From contig CANRFQ010000001.1 of NCBI GenBank assembly GCA_947629935.1, positions 22,444 to 86,443 of the forward strand: a stretch of 64,000 bases of DNA. The letters are read 5' to 3'. The position numbers and the translations under genes are program-made. Each line of letters begins with the position of its first letter. Positions within the stretch are counted from its first letter, which is position 1. The DNA comes from an uncultured Bacilli bacterium. Its GTDB lineage: Bacteria > Bacillota_I > Bacilli_A > RF39 > UBA660. The notes beneath the pieces were generated by a model. The model was not told the DNA's origin and ran no database searches. It was given only the letters and a program-made list of their open reading frames with translations. Shown here one piece after another: positions 26,417 through 36,432 of this stretch.

Positions 26417-28156
26417 TTAGTTCATAACTCTTTTAAACATTCTTTCTAATTCATAAATACTAAATTTAATAATAGTAGGTCGTCCATGCGGACAATTATA
26501 GGGATTATCAGTTTGGACTAAACTATCAAGTATTTCTTCAATTGATTCCATACTAATATTAGTATTTCCTTTAATACTTGTTTTACAAGCTAATGTAATC
26601 GCAATATGTTCATTAAATTTTACCCGATCAAAATTATTTTTATTAACAATAACTAAATCTATTATTTTTCTGATTTGTTCTTCTTCATATCCTTTTTTAA
26701 GCCAAGTTGGATGCTCTTTAATAATAATCGTATTTACACCAAAATCTTCAATGTTAAAGCCGAGATTAGTTAAAACTTCCCTATTTTCTTTAATTGTTAA
26801 ATAATCACTAGCGGAAAGTTCAATACTAATGGGAAATAATAAAGCAGTTGTTGATACTTTTTCATTTTGTAAAGCTTTTAAATATTTTTCATAATTTACG
26901 CGTTCTTGAGCGGCATGTTGATCAATTAAATAAACGCCTTCATCATTTTGAGCAATAATATATGTGCCCAAAGCTAAACCAACAGGGTATAGTTTTAAAG
27001 ATTTTAATTCTTTATTTATTACTACTGGTTGTGTTACATTTTCTTGGACACCTAAATCAAAAACGACCTGTTCTTCTTTAACTACAGAGGGTTCATCTTT
27101 TTTAACAATCTGTTCTATGTAAGTATCTTTAACATCATTTTCTAAAGGAGTAATTTCAATTTTAGGAATTAATAAATTTTGATATAAAGCATTTTTTATA
27201 GTGTCATATAAAAGTGTTGTTAATTCATTCATTTTACTAATTTTAATATCTTGTTTAGTGGGATGAATATTAACATCTATTAAGGTGGGATCTGTATTAA
27301 TTAAAATCACTACAATGGGATATTTTATGTCAGGTTTATAAGTATAATAGGCCTCATTAATTATTTTATTTAAATCATTATTACGGACAACTCGCCCATT
27401 AACAATAGTTATCATATGATTACGATTGGATTTTAATATCTGTGGTTTACAAATATACCCATAAATATCAAAATCATCATTACTATTTTTTATTTCAATC
27501 ATATTCGAAGAAACATTAAGACCATATAATTCGTGAATTGTTTTATGTAAATTTCCACTGCCACTAGTTTTAAGAATAACTTTTTCGTTATTAGTAAGAG
27601 TAAAACGAATTTGAGGATGTGACAAAGCTATTTTCTCAATAAAACTTGTAGTATTAGCAAGTTCCGTTGTTTCACTCTTTAAATATTTTAAACGTGCTGG
27701 AGTATTATAAAATAAACTCTTTATCTCAATTATAGTCCCTTGATTTAAAGCACAACTACTTTCGGAAATCAACTTTCCACCTTCAATAATAATTTGTGTC
27801 CCTTTTTCCCCTTGGGCTGTTTGTAAGCAAACTTTAGAGACACTGGCTATTGAAGGTAAAGCTTCGCCTCGAAAACCTAAAGTACCTATAAAAAATAAGT
27901 CATCCTCTTTTAACAATTTAGATGTAGCATGACGGGAAAAAGCAAGCTTAGCGTCTTGACTATCCATACCGATGCCATTATCAGTTACTTTTATACTTTT
28001 TATCCCCGCATCAATTAAATTTATTTTTATATCTGTAGCTAAGGCATCAATACTATTTTCCACTAGTTCTTTTACTACTGAAGCACATTTTTCCACTACT
28101 TCTCCAGCCGAAATTTTATTGGCCAAGATTTCACTCATTACTTTTATTTTACTCAT
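26417..28156 (-). CDS. mutL: DNA mismatch repair protein MutL
   Basis: N-terminal GHKL ATPase motifs (ISAGEVVEK...VKELVENSIDA, the DNGIGM segment). 579 aa. Confidence 0.9.
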   Translation of the reverse strand: MSKIKVMSEILANKISAGEVVEKCASVVKELVENSIDALATDIKINLIDAGIKSIKVTDNGIGMDSQDAKLAFSRHATSKLLKEDDLFFIGTLGFRGEALPSIASVSKVCLQTAQGEKGTQIIIEGGKLISESSCALNQGTIIEIKSLFYNTPARLKYLKSETTELANTTSFIEKIALSHPQIRFTLTNNEKVILKTSGSGNLHKTIHELYGLNVSSNMIEIKNSNDDFDIYGYICKPQILKSNRNHMITIVNGRVVRNNDLNKIINEAYYTYKPDIKYPIVVILINTDPTLIDVNIHPTKQDIKISKMNELTTLLYDTIKNALYQNLLIPKIEITPLENDVKDTYIEQIVKKDEPSVVKEEQVVFDLGVQENVTQPVVINKELKSLKLYPVGLALGTYIIAQNDEGVYLIDQHAAQERVNYEKYLKALQNEKVSTTALLFPISIELSASDYLTIKENREVLTNLGFNIEDFGVNTIIIKEHPTWLKKGYEEEQIRKIIDLVIVNKNNFDRVKFNEHIAITLACKTSIKGNTNISMESIEEILDSLVQTDNPYNCPHGRPTIIKFSIYELERMFKRVMN

Positions 28157-28267
28157 ACTTACTTCTCTTTTCTTATATTAAAAATATTACCATATTTTCA
28201 AGCTTTTTACCAATTAAAAAAGTAACGATCTTTATTCATTACTTTCTGAAAGAATGTTTTTAAATTT

Positions 28268-29263
28268 TTAAAAAAATGACTTTCTCACTTCTATTAAATC
28301 TAAATCATTTATATATATCTTTACTTTACAAGCATTTTTGCAATTAATAAAACCTAAACCTAAAATAACAATATCATTATTTGAAGGTATATCAAACTCT
28401 TGTGCCTTTAAATTTTCTAATTTCTTCGATCCAAAAACTCTTGTTAAAGGTATCTGATTACTAAGATAAAAAGTAAAGTTATTCTTTTTTTCTAAGTTTT
28501 CGATGCGAATTTTATCATCAATTAAGATAGAAGCGCCTTCTTTTAATTGATAAGTGATTGGTTTTAAAAACTTTTTCGGATTTACTTTTTTAATAAAATT
28601 TAAATCATTATTATCATATATGTTATTTTTTAAAGCAAATCCAGGAGAATCAACAATAGTTAAATGTTCATTTATTTTAATGTTCATAAAATCCAAAGTA
28701 GTATTTGGTACTAAACTAGTTGTAATCGCATGATGATTTAGTTCTTTAAACTGAACAATACTATTTACTAAACTACTTTTTCCTACATTTGTAAAACCTA
28801 AAAGATAAGCTTTAGAAATTTTTTTGGCTTCTAAATAATTCAATAAAGTATTTATATTTCGATTTTTTAAAGCACTTATGAAAATGATTTCATCATCAAT
28901 TTTATAATAATCATTAAGCCAAGCTATTATCTTATTACGATTAAAAGAATAAGGAATAATATCACTTTTACTAATTAGCAAAGTTTTAGGCCTTTTTATT
29001 TTTTGATATAACTTTATCGTTTTAAGATTAATATTTAAAAAATCAATTAAAAATAAGACATGACTTTTACTTTGATTAACAATATCTATAATATTTTTTT
29101 CATCTGTTGGTAAAGTCACTACTTTAGCGTCATTATAATGAATTATTTTAAAACATCTTTCACATAAATCGGCTTTTTTATTAGCTGTTTTAGGTACGTA
29201 CCCTAATTTACTTGCATCCGTAGTTTGTAATTCATACCCACAGCCTATACATTTTTTAGTCAT
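28268..29263 (-). CDS. yqeH: Ribosome biogenesis GTPase YqeH (circularly permuted GTPase with an N-terminal zinc ribbon)
   Basis: CIGCG...CERCF zinc ribbon and a GFTNVGKSSLVNS G1 motif in a permuted arrangement. It follows yqeG as in B. subtilis. Confidence 0.85.
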   Translation of the reverse strand: MTKKCIGCGYELQTTDASKLGYVPKTANKKADLCERCFKIIHYNDAKVVTLPTDEKNIIDIVNQSKSHVLFLIDFLNINLKTIKLYQKIKRPKTLLISKSDIIPYSFNRNKIIAWLNDYYKIDDEIIFISALKNRNINTLLNYLEAKKISKAYLLGFTNVGKSSLVNSIVQFKELNHHAITTSLVPNTTLDFMNIKINEHLTIVDSPGFALKNNIYDNNDLNFIKKVNPKKFLKPITYQLKEGASILIDDKIRIENLEKKNNFTFYLSNQIPLTRVFGSKKLENLKAQEFDIPSNNDIVILGLGFINCKNACKVKIYINDLDLIEVRKSFF

Positions 29264-29777
29264 GATATTCTCCTTTAGTAAATAAGCCTTTCTTAGCTAG
29301 TTTTTTCATTATCATTCTTTCTATCATACGATTAAATTTGGTCCAAATGAAATCTTCTCTACTAATAGGATTAACTAAGATACTTGTAAACCCCATTCTA
29401 TTAGCTCCAAAAACATCAGTCAATATTTGATCACCGATTGCAGCTATTTCAATATCTTTAAAATTGTATACATTCATGATTTTTTGATATTTTTTCTTCA
29501 AAGGCTTGCGAGATAAGAACGCCGTGTCAACATTAAACCCCTCTTTAAAAGGTTCCAAACGCGTTTTGCCACTATTTGACATAATGATTACTTTAAATCC
29601 CATTTCTTTTAAACCTTCCAATAGTTCTTTTTCTTTTATCCCTGGAACACTAGCATTAATTGGTGCTAAAGTATTATCTAAATCAAATAAAAGACATTTT
29701 ATCCCCGATTTTTTCAAAGCTCTGTAATTAATTGTAAAAATACTCTGTTGATATATATCCGGAGCAAATATATCCAT
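29256..29777 (-). CDS. yqeG: YqeG-family HAD-IIIA phosphatase
   Basis: LLFDLDNTL motif I and an IGDQILTDV motif IV. Synteny with yqeH. Confidence 0.8.
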   Translation of the reverse strand: MDIFAPDIYQQSIFTINYRALKKSGIKCLLFDLDNTLAPINASVPGIKEKELLEGLKEMGFKVIIMSNSGKTRLEPFKEGFNVDTAFLSRKPLKKKYQKIMNVYNFKDIEIAAIGDQILTDVFGANRMGFTSILVNPISREDFIWTKFNRMIERMIMKKLAKKGLFTKGEYHD

Positions 29778-29792
29778 AATTAATCATCCTAA

Positions 29793-30932
29793 CTAATCAT
29801 TTTGATTTAAAGAATTTAACTCTTCATATTTTTGTTCAAAAATACTAATAAATTTATTGATTTCGTCCAAAGTAGTTAAATAAGAAATACTTATACGAAT
29901 CGTTGTCTGAGCTCTTTTTTTGTCATTATATAAAGCCATAACGGTATTACTTAACTCGCCTTTTGAACACGCTGTTTTCGTACCAATATATATTTCTTCT
30001 TGAGCCATGGCATGCACAAAGGTTTCGCTTTTAATATCCATTAAGCTTATATTTAATATATGCGGAATAGAATAACTTGTTTTATTTATTTTAATTTTTT
30101 CGTACTTTTCAAGTTTGCGAATGATTTTCTCATTTAGTTTAGTTACAAAGCTTTCTTTTTGATCTAAATCTGTTAAAGCTAAACGTAAAGCTTTAGAAAA
30201 AGCAACTATTAATGGTAAAGGTGGTGTTCCGGGATTGAGTTTATTAAAATTTTTACTACTACCATGAATAAGCGGCTCCAATCTTATTTTTTTAGATTTA
30301 TATAAAAAGCCAATGCCTTTGGGACCGTATATTTTATGAGCGGAAGCGGAAGCTAAATCAACATCGTGTAAATTTACATTCACTTTACCTAAAGCCTGCG
30401 TTATATCCGAATGGAACAAAATATTAGGATCTTCTTTTTTGATGATTTGCCGAATTGTTTTTAAAGGTTGTCTAATCCCTACTTCACTATTAACGGCACA
30501 TACACTAACTAAAAAAGTTTCGGCAGTTATTTTCTTTTTTAAATCTTCAAAATCAATAATCCCATTTTGATCATTCTCAACATAGGAAATAGTATAACCT
30601 AAAGTTTCTAAATATTCACAGATTTTATAAATAGAAGGATGTTCTAATTTAGAAACAACAATGTTCTTTTTATTTTCTGGTAGAAATTTTAACAACCCCT
30701 TAAAAGCCATATTATTTGCTTCTGTAGCTCCACTAGTTATAGTAAGCTCATCATCAGAAACATTTAATAAATTAGCCATTTGTTCTAAAGCATTTTCTAA
30801 TAATTTTTTAGATTTTAGGCCTAACTCATGAATGGAATTAGGATTACCTATATAATCTTTACTAGCCTTATTATAAGAATCAATAACATCATTTATTACT
30901 GGTGTTGTGGCACTATAATCTAAATAAATCAT
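29793..30932 (-). CDS. Cysteine desulfurase (class V aminotransferase, NifS/IscS-like); ATG start with an AGGTGA RBS (the ORF track begins at an upstream GTG)
   Basis: PLP-lysine segment SAHKIYGPKGIGFLY and an N-terminal LDYSATTP. Confidence 0.85.
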   Translation of the reverse strand: MIYLDYSATTPVINDVIDSYNKASKDYIGNPNSIHELGLKSKKLLENALEQMANLLNVSDDELTITSGATEANNMAFKGLLKFLPENKKNIVVSKLEHPSIYKICEYLETLGYTISYVENDQNGIIDFEDLKKKITAETFLVSVCAVNSEVGIRQPLKTIRQIIKKEDPNILFHSDITQALGKVNVNLHDVDLASASAHKIYGPKGIGFLYKSKKIRLEPLIHGSSKNFNKLNPGTPPLPLIVAFSKALRLALTDLDQKESFVTKLNEKIIRKLEKYEKIKINKTSYSIPHILNISLMDIKSETFVHAMAQEEIYIGTKTACSKGELSNTVMALYNDKKRAQTTIRISISYLTTLDEINKFISIFEQKYEELNSLNQND

Positions 30933-31010
30933 TACTATCACCTATTTAATTATAAACTAATTTAGAAAAAAGGTCTACTTATATAGAAAAAAAGCTTTCG
31001 GGAAAAAGCT

Positions 31011-31844
31011 TTACTTTAAATCTTTAATGGCGATAGGATCCATATCATCAAATTCTTTATTTTCGCCACACATAGCCCATATGAATTTATAACTACTAGT
31101 TCCACTACCCGCATGAATAGACCAACTAGGAGATATAACAGCTTGCTCATTTTTTACTACTATATGTCTTGTTTGAGAAGGCTCACCCATAAAATGGAAA
31201 ACAACATTTTCAGTGTCTATATCAAAGTAAAAATATACTTCCATTCTTCTTTCATGCGTATGAGGTGGCATCGTATTATAAACACTACCATCTAAAAGTT
31301 CGGTACAGCCCATTAATAATTGACAAGTATCAACTAAACTAGGATGAATTAGTTGATTTATAACTCTTTTATTACTGGTTAAATTATCCCCACAAGGCAC
31401 TTTACGAGCTTTGGCATTATCAATAAAAACATTGGGTTTTTCTTGATGAGCAGCACAAGAAGCTAAGAAAAATTTGGGATTATCAAGGTTTATAAATTCC
31501 ACTTTTTGATGGTCTTTACCAATATATAAAGCATTTAGATTATCTAAAATATATTCTTCTTCATCAACGATAATTTTTCCTTGACCACCGATATTAATAA
31601 TACCTAACTCTCTATTTTCTAAAAAGTAATTACTGCCTAAGTCTTTAGACGAATTTACGGCTGTTTCTAAATTCAATTTATTTTTAACGGGCATGGCCCC
31701 ACCAAAAATAATTCGATCAATATGCGAATAGGTTAAATTTATCTCATCACTAGCAAATATTTTTTCTACCAAAAATTCTTCCCTAATTTCTGTAGTATCA
31801 TATTTTTTAAAATCTTTCGGATTGGTTCCATAACGTGTCTGCAT
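31011..31844 (-). CDS. kduI: 5-dehydro-4-deoxy-D-glucuronate isomerase KduI
   Basis: Near-colinear match to KduI motifs: EFLVEKIF, YSHIDRIIFGG, NTMPPHTHERRMEVYFYF, NEQAVISPSWSIH, FDDMD. 277 aa. Confidence 0.85.
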   Translation of the reverse strand: MQTRYGTNPKDFKKYDTTEIREEFLVEKIFASDEINLTYSHIDRIIFGGAMPVKNKLNLETAVNSSKDLGSNYFLENRELGIINIGGQGKIIVDEEEYILDNLNALYIGKDHQKVEFINLDNPKFFLASCAAHQEKPNVFIDNAKARKVPCGDNLTSNKRVINQLIHPSLVDTCQLLMGCTELLDGSVYNTMPPHTHERRMEVYFYFDIDTENVVFHFMGEPSQTRHIVVKNEQAVISPSWSIHAGSGTSSYKFIWAMCGENKEFDDMDPIAIKDLK

Positions 31845-31856
31845 AATATCTCTCCT

Positions 31857-33551
31857 TTACATTTTACTTGGAATATCAATTGCTAATAAATTTAACAAAT
31901 CTTTAATGATATTATTCATTAAATTTAAAACATACACCCAATTATTTTGTTTTTCTTTATCTATTAAATCCAGAATATGATTAGTAGTATAAAAACTATT
32001 AGCACAAACACACAAGTCATAAAGATAGTCTGCTATATAAGAAGGTTTTCTTTCTTGAAAAGCATTTTCAATAACATCAGGTGTTTGTAATATTTTTAAT
32101 CTTAATTCTCGATCAATTTTATTATAAATAGTATTATTTAAAGTAATATCTTCTAGATTTAATTCCCTTAAAATTTTGCGAATTCTTAAATAAGTATAAA
32201 GTATATAAGGACCAGTCTTACCTGTAACATCGGAAAATTTTGTTAAATCAAAGATATAATCTTTATCTCGAGAATTATATAAATCTGCAAATTTTAAAAT
32301 GGCATTTACAATGATATCTAAGTCTTTAGAATCCATATTTTTATTTTCTTCTCTTTTAGAAATAAAAATTTCTTTAGTTTGCTTAAATAAATCTGCTAAA
32401 GATGGAGCATCTCCACTTCGCGTTTTGTAAGGTTTATTGTCTTCCCCATTAACCGTACCATAACCTAAAAATTCTAAGTTTTCATAATTCATTAAGCCAG
32501 ATTTATCAGCTACTCTAAATACTTGTTCAAAATGCATTTGTTGACGATTATCAACAACATACAAAATATGATTAGGTTTAAAATCTTTTACTCTTTGATA
32601 AATCGTGGCTAAATCGGTTGAAGCATATAAATATGCTCCATTACTTTTTTGAAATAAAAGCGGAGGGAGTTCTTTTTTATCAGTGCTATTTTTGACATCA
32701 ACAACTAAAGCTCCTTGGCTTTCTTCTAAAAGTTTTTTACTTACTAATAAGTTTTTAACGGGTTCTAAATATGGATACGCATCACTTTCCCCATACCATA
32801 AATCAAAATGAACATCTAAATAATCATACAGCCCACGCATGTCCGCTTTAGAAATTTCCATAATTTTTTGCCATATTTTTTGATACTCTTTATTACCATC
32901 TTGTAACTCTTTAGTAATATTACTACATATATTTTTTACTTCTTCATTTTCTTTACATAAAGCACTAATTTGCGGATATATTCTATTTAAAATCTTAATA
33001 TCAATAGCTTCTAAATTAATATCTTCTTGTTGCAAACCATATATTACTTGCCCAATTTGTAACCCATAATCGCCCATATGGATATCACTAATAATATCAT
33101 TACCCATAAATTTAATAATTCTTTTAATGGACTCTCCTACAATGGCCGTACGCATGTGTCCTACATGTAAGGGTTTAGCCACATTAGCTCCTCCATAATC
33201 TATCACATATGTTTCTTTTTTGGAGCTTTTAATTCCGTATTTATTGGCAGAATTCATCTTGGAAAGATTAGTATTAATAAATTCATCACTTAAAGTCATA
33301 TTGATAAAACCCGGACTAACAAAATCAAACTTTTTAAAGGTTTTCTTAACTATATCTAATTGAGAGTTTATAATTTTTTCTCCAATTTCAATAGGACTTT
33401 TCTTTAAGACTTTACTTAACTTAAAAATATCATTACATTGATAATCACATAAATCAGGACGATTAGATAAATTAACCGTCACCTTCTCTATATCAAAATC
33501 ACAACTTTTAAATATAGCTTTTAAAATATCTTCTAATTGTTTTTGAATCAT
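31857..33551 (-). CDS. argS: Arginyl-tRNA synthetase
   Basis: HVGHMR class I signature and the ArgRS N-terminal/anticodon-binding architecture. 564 aa. Confidence 0.9.
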   Translation of the reverse strand: MIQKQLEDILKAIFKSCDFDIEKVTVNLSNRPDLCDYQCNDIFKLSKVLKKSPIEIGEKIINSQLDIVKKTFKKFDFVSPGFINMTLSDEFINTNLSKMNSANKYGIKSSKKETYVIDYGGANVAKPLHVGHMRTAIVGESIKRIIKFMGNDIISDIHMGDYGLQIGQVIYGLQQEDINLEAIDIKILNRIYPQISALCKENEEVKNICSNITKELQDGNKEYQKIWQKIMEISKADMRGLYDYLDVHFDLWYGESDAYPYLEPVKNLLVSKKLLEESQGALVVDVKNSTDKKELPPLLFQKSNGAYLYASTDLATIYQRVKDFKPNHILYVVDNRQQMHFEQVFRVADKSGLMNYENLEFLGYGTVNGEDNKPYKTRSGDAPSLADLFKQTKEIFISKREENKNMDSKDLDIIVNAILKFADLYNSRDKDYIFDLTKFSDVTGKTGPYILYTYLRIRKILRELNLEDITLNNTIYNKIDRELRLKILQTPDVIENAFQERKPSYIADYLYDLCVCANSFYTTNHILDLIDKEKQNNWVYVLNLMNNIIKDLLNLLAIDIPSKM

Positions 33552-33559
33552 TATATCAC

Positions 33560-34189
33560 CTAATCTTTTTTCTTTTTTTTCTTAAAACAATAAATGGTTA
33601 GAATTAATAAAATCGCAATTATAAATATATTTTGAATAGTCGTCGCATTGAAAAAATCTTTAAATTCACAATAATAGTCTCGACATTTATCCATAAAAAT
33701 ATAAATTAAATTATACAATACTATAAATATAATACTTATAATACTAACGATACCCATCGCTTTTTTAAATGACTTTCTTAACTCGTCGTTACTGTAACAC
33801 CATAAACCAAATAATCCTCCTAATAAAGCAATAACAATGTAAATAAAATAGCATGGTAAATAAGATGTATCAAACACAGTGAAAGCTAAGGGTATATAAA
33901 ATATAGTCGATAAAATAGGAAAAATATAAAAATTACCAGAATACCTACTTTCAATAGCTGATGTAATAAAAAAACTAATCGGATAAATAACATACACAAT
34001 ATTAGCCATATCTAATTTATTAAACATATAACTATTAATGGGTAAAAAGTATAAAATAAACATTAAGATTACAAATAATTTTAACTCGATTTTATATTTT
34101 TTCAAGCTTCTCACCTCTTTATGAATAAATTGTACCAAATTATCGGCAAAAAGTCTTTGAAAATGTTTAAAAAAAGGATTAAAAGACAT
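33560..34189 (-). CDS. Hypothetical polytopic membrane protein
   Basis: Five or six predicted TM helices. Translationally close to argS (8-nt gap). Confidence 0.5.
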   Translation of the reverse strand: MSFNPFFKHFQRLFADNLVQFIHKEVRSLKKYKIELKLFVILMFILYFLPINSYMFNKLDMANIVYVIYPISFFITSAIESRYSGNFYIFPILSTIFYIPLAFTVFDTSYLPCYFIYIVIALLGGLFGLWCYSNDELRKSFKKAMGIVSIISIIFIVLYNLIYIFMDKCRDYYCEFKDFFNATTIQNIFIIAILLILTIYCFKKKKKKD

Positions 34190-34233
34190 TTTTATGAAAC
34201 GAAAATAATATGATTTTATTAAGGAAGTGAACT

Positions 34234-34929
34234 ATGCTATTAAATTTGCTTAGTCTTTTAAAAGACATGTTATTTTTTACGGGAAGTTACTCTAACAATG
34301 TGTTTCCCGAACCTTTAAATAAAGAAGAGGAAGAAAAGTATATTAATTTAATGTTAGCTGGTGATAAGGAAGCCAGAAACCAACTTATTGAACATAATTT
34401 GAGATTAGTAGCCCATATTGTCAAAAAATTCGAAGCTAAGACTACTGATAATGATGATTTAATTAGTATTGGGACTATTGGCTTAATTAAGGGAATCGAT
34501 AGTTATAAAAATAATCATAAAACAAAAATCACCACATACTGTGCCCGTTGTATAGAAAATGAGATCCTCATGTTCTTTAGGTCCAACAAAAAAAATGAAA
34601 ATACCGTAAGTCTCAATGATTCAATTGGCTATGATAAAGATGGTAACGAAATAAATCTAATAGATATCATTAAAGATAATCAAACCGATATGTTAACCAC
34701 CATTCATAATAAAGATAATATTTTATTACTTACAAAATACTTAGATACTCTTTCATCTCGCGAAAAAGAAATTATTACTAAAAGATACGGTCTTAATAAT
34801 ACAAAGGAAAAAACGCAAAAAGAAATTGCTAAAGAATTAAACATATCTCGCAGTTACGTTTCTCGAATAGAAAAAAGGGCATTAACTAAAATACTTCGTG
34901 AATTTATTAAAAGTAATAATGAAATATAA
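34234..34929 (+). CDS. sigK: Sporulation sigma factor pro-SigK (intact, no intervening element)
   Basis: A pro-sequence followed by SYSNNVFPEPLNKEEEEKY, LIEHNLRLVAHIVKKF, DLISIGTIGLIKGI, TYCARCIENEILM and EKTQKEIAKELNISRSYVSRIEKRAL. These are almost identical to the B. subtilis SigK signature regions. Confidence 0.85.
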   Translation: MLLNLLSLLKDMLFFTGSYSNNVFPEPLNKEEEEKYINLMLAGDKEARNQLIEHNLRLVAHIVKKFEAKTTDNDDLISIGTIGLIKGIDSYKNNHKTKITTYCARCIENEILMFFRSNKKNENTVSLNDSIGYDKDGNEINLIDIIKDNQTDMLTTIHNKDNILLLTKYLDTLSSREKEIITKRYGLNNTKEKTQKEIAKELNISRSYVSRIEKRALTKILREFIKSNNEI

Positions 34930-34959
34930 AAAAGCTTGATTACCAAGCTTTTTTAATTA

Positions 34960-36273
34960 CTAAATTTTATTAAATTTATTACTCTTTCTTGCGTAGATAT
35001 ATGCACTAGCAGCACCAACTAATAAAGTACCAATTAACGCATATGAAGCAACACCATATTTATTGTTTGTTTCGCCTGCACCAGGTTCCGAAGTATCAAC
35101 TGTACATACGTCGCCAGTCCCTTCGTATGTTAATGTTACCATTGTTGGAAAACGATAATAATAATATGTATCTGTTATTGATTCAACATAATCTTCATAT
35201 TTTCCATCTTGATAATTTGCAACATCAATTTCTTGTGGTTGACCTTGCCATAGCATACTATCTAATTTATCTTCATAGCTAGATAAATCTCCATAATCTC
35301 TTCTTAATGATATTGCCACATTAGAATATGTATCGTCACCAACATTCTCAAAAGCAGTATTTTCATCTGGAACAGCTGTTTTAGAATTATCATTGACATC
35401 AATTGAAGCTTTCATCCATGCATCAATAACTTTTTGAACCTCTGAACTGTCAATAGTTTCACCATTGCTTGCCCATTCAGCAAACATTCCCATATTACCA
35501 GTTGTATCACTATCACGCCAATCAGTAGGACCATCTAAATAATGATTATTATCAGATTCCGTTTCTATATTTTCCCAACTATTATGGATAAAATAATAAT
35601 CTTCATCATTTGATAATACGGCATTTTCTTCTGTAATAGATTCATCGCCATTCTTTTTTACTTTTAAAGCATTTATATACATATCAGTAAAAGTATACCA
35701 ATCGTCTTTAGACCAATTACTATAATCTATGCTTTTTAATTTATAACCTTCTGGGATAGTATTATTATAAAATGAAGCTGTACTAGTCATAGTAAGATTT
35801 GTACTTGGAGCAATTGATGTTGCCCCATCAAGCCAATCTGTAAAATGATCTAGAGTATCTATCTTACCACCAAAGCCAGCCTGGTCTTTATCATCTGTAT
35901 TATAAGCCACTGTGGCACCTGATATTTCCAAATCAGCAGCAGATTCACCAATTTGAATTTGCTTATTGTCTCCCATTTTATCATTTGCATCAAAACCAAA
36001 ATGACTAACATATTGGCTTGTATATTGACGATCAGTAAAAGTATCTTCATCACCTAAGAGATCAGAATTACTTCCTAATTCTTTTCCTTCGCTAGTTAAT
36101 TTAAAAACGCTATCAATATAAGCTGTTTCCTCTTCAATAAAAAAATAATGATTTCTTATTTGACACGTATCATCATCCGCTGCTTTAACAATTGGTAACA
36201 TTGGACTAACTGCTAAAGCCATTGCTAATAAAATTACACTAACCTTTTTTCCATGTTTTTTCAGCATTTTCAT
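34960..36273 (-). CDS. Secreted, highly acidic (Asp/Glu-rich) cell-surface protein with an N-terminal signal peptide and a C-terminal hydrophobic anchor plus basic tail, but no canonical LPXTG
   Basis: Signal peptide MKMLKKHGKKVSVILLAMALAVSPMLPIVKA. The C-terminus is ...SEPGAGETNNKYGVASYALIGTLLVGAASAYIYARKSNKFNKI. RBS AGGAGAGG. Divergently adjacent to the sortase B gene. Confidence 0.6.
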   Translation of the reverse strand: MKMLKKHGKKVSVILLAMALAVSPMLPIVKAADDDTCQIRNHYFFIEEETAYIDSVFKLTSEGKELGSNSDLLGDEDTFTDRQYTSQYVSHFGFDANDKMGDNKQIQIGESAADLEISGATVAYNTDDKDQAGFGGKIDTLDHFTDWLDGATSIAPSTNLTMTSTASFYNNTIPEGYKLKSIDYSNWSKDDWYTFTDMYINALKVKKNGDESITEENAVLSNDEDYYFIHNSWENIETESDNNHYLDGPTDWRDSDTTGNMGMFAEWASNGETIDSSEVQKVIDAWMKASIDVNDNSKTAVPDENTAFENVGDDTYSNVAISLRRDYGDLSSYEDKLDSMLWQGQPQEIDVANYQDGKYEDYVESITDTYYYYRFPTMVTLTYEGTGDVCTVDTSEPGAGETNNKYGVASYALIGTLLVGAASAYIYARKSNKFNKI

Positions 36274-36432
36274 ATATTAATCCTCTCCTATATTCTATTT
36301 TTATTATAAACCAATCATCCGACATTATGCAACAATAAAATACATTCTTATAAAAAAAATGTCGAAAATTGTAAATATGTTTAAATTTAATTTAAATTGT
36401 GCTATTATCTAATAGTAGGAAGGTTGGTTAAA

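Noticed and set aside
36397-36432. ORF-track start at 36397 (MCYYLIVGRLVKVKV...) for the sortase gene
   Set aside because: This ATG lies inside the AGGAAGG Shine-Dalgarno sequence. The GTG at 36433, spaced 9 nt after the SD, is the more plausible start. The first residues of the tracked ORF are a read-through of the RBS.
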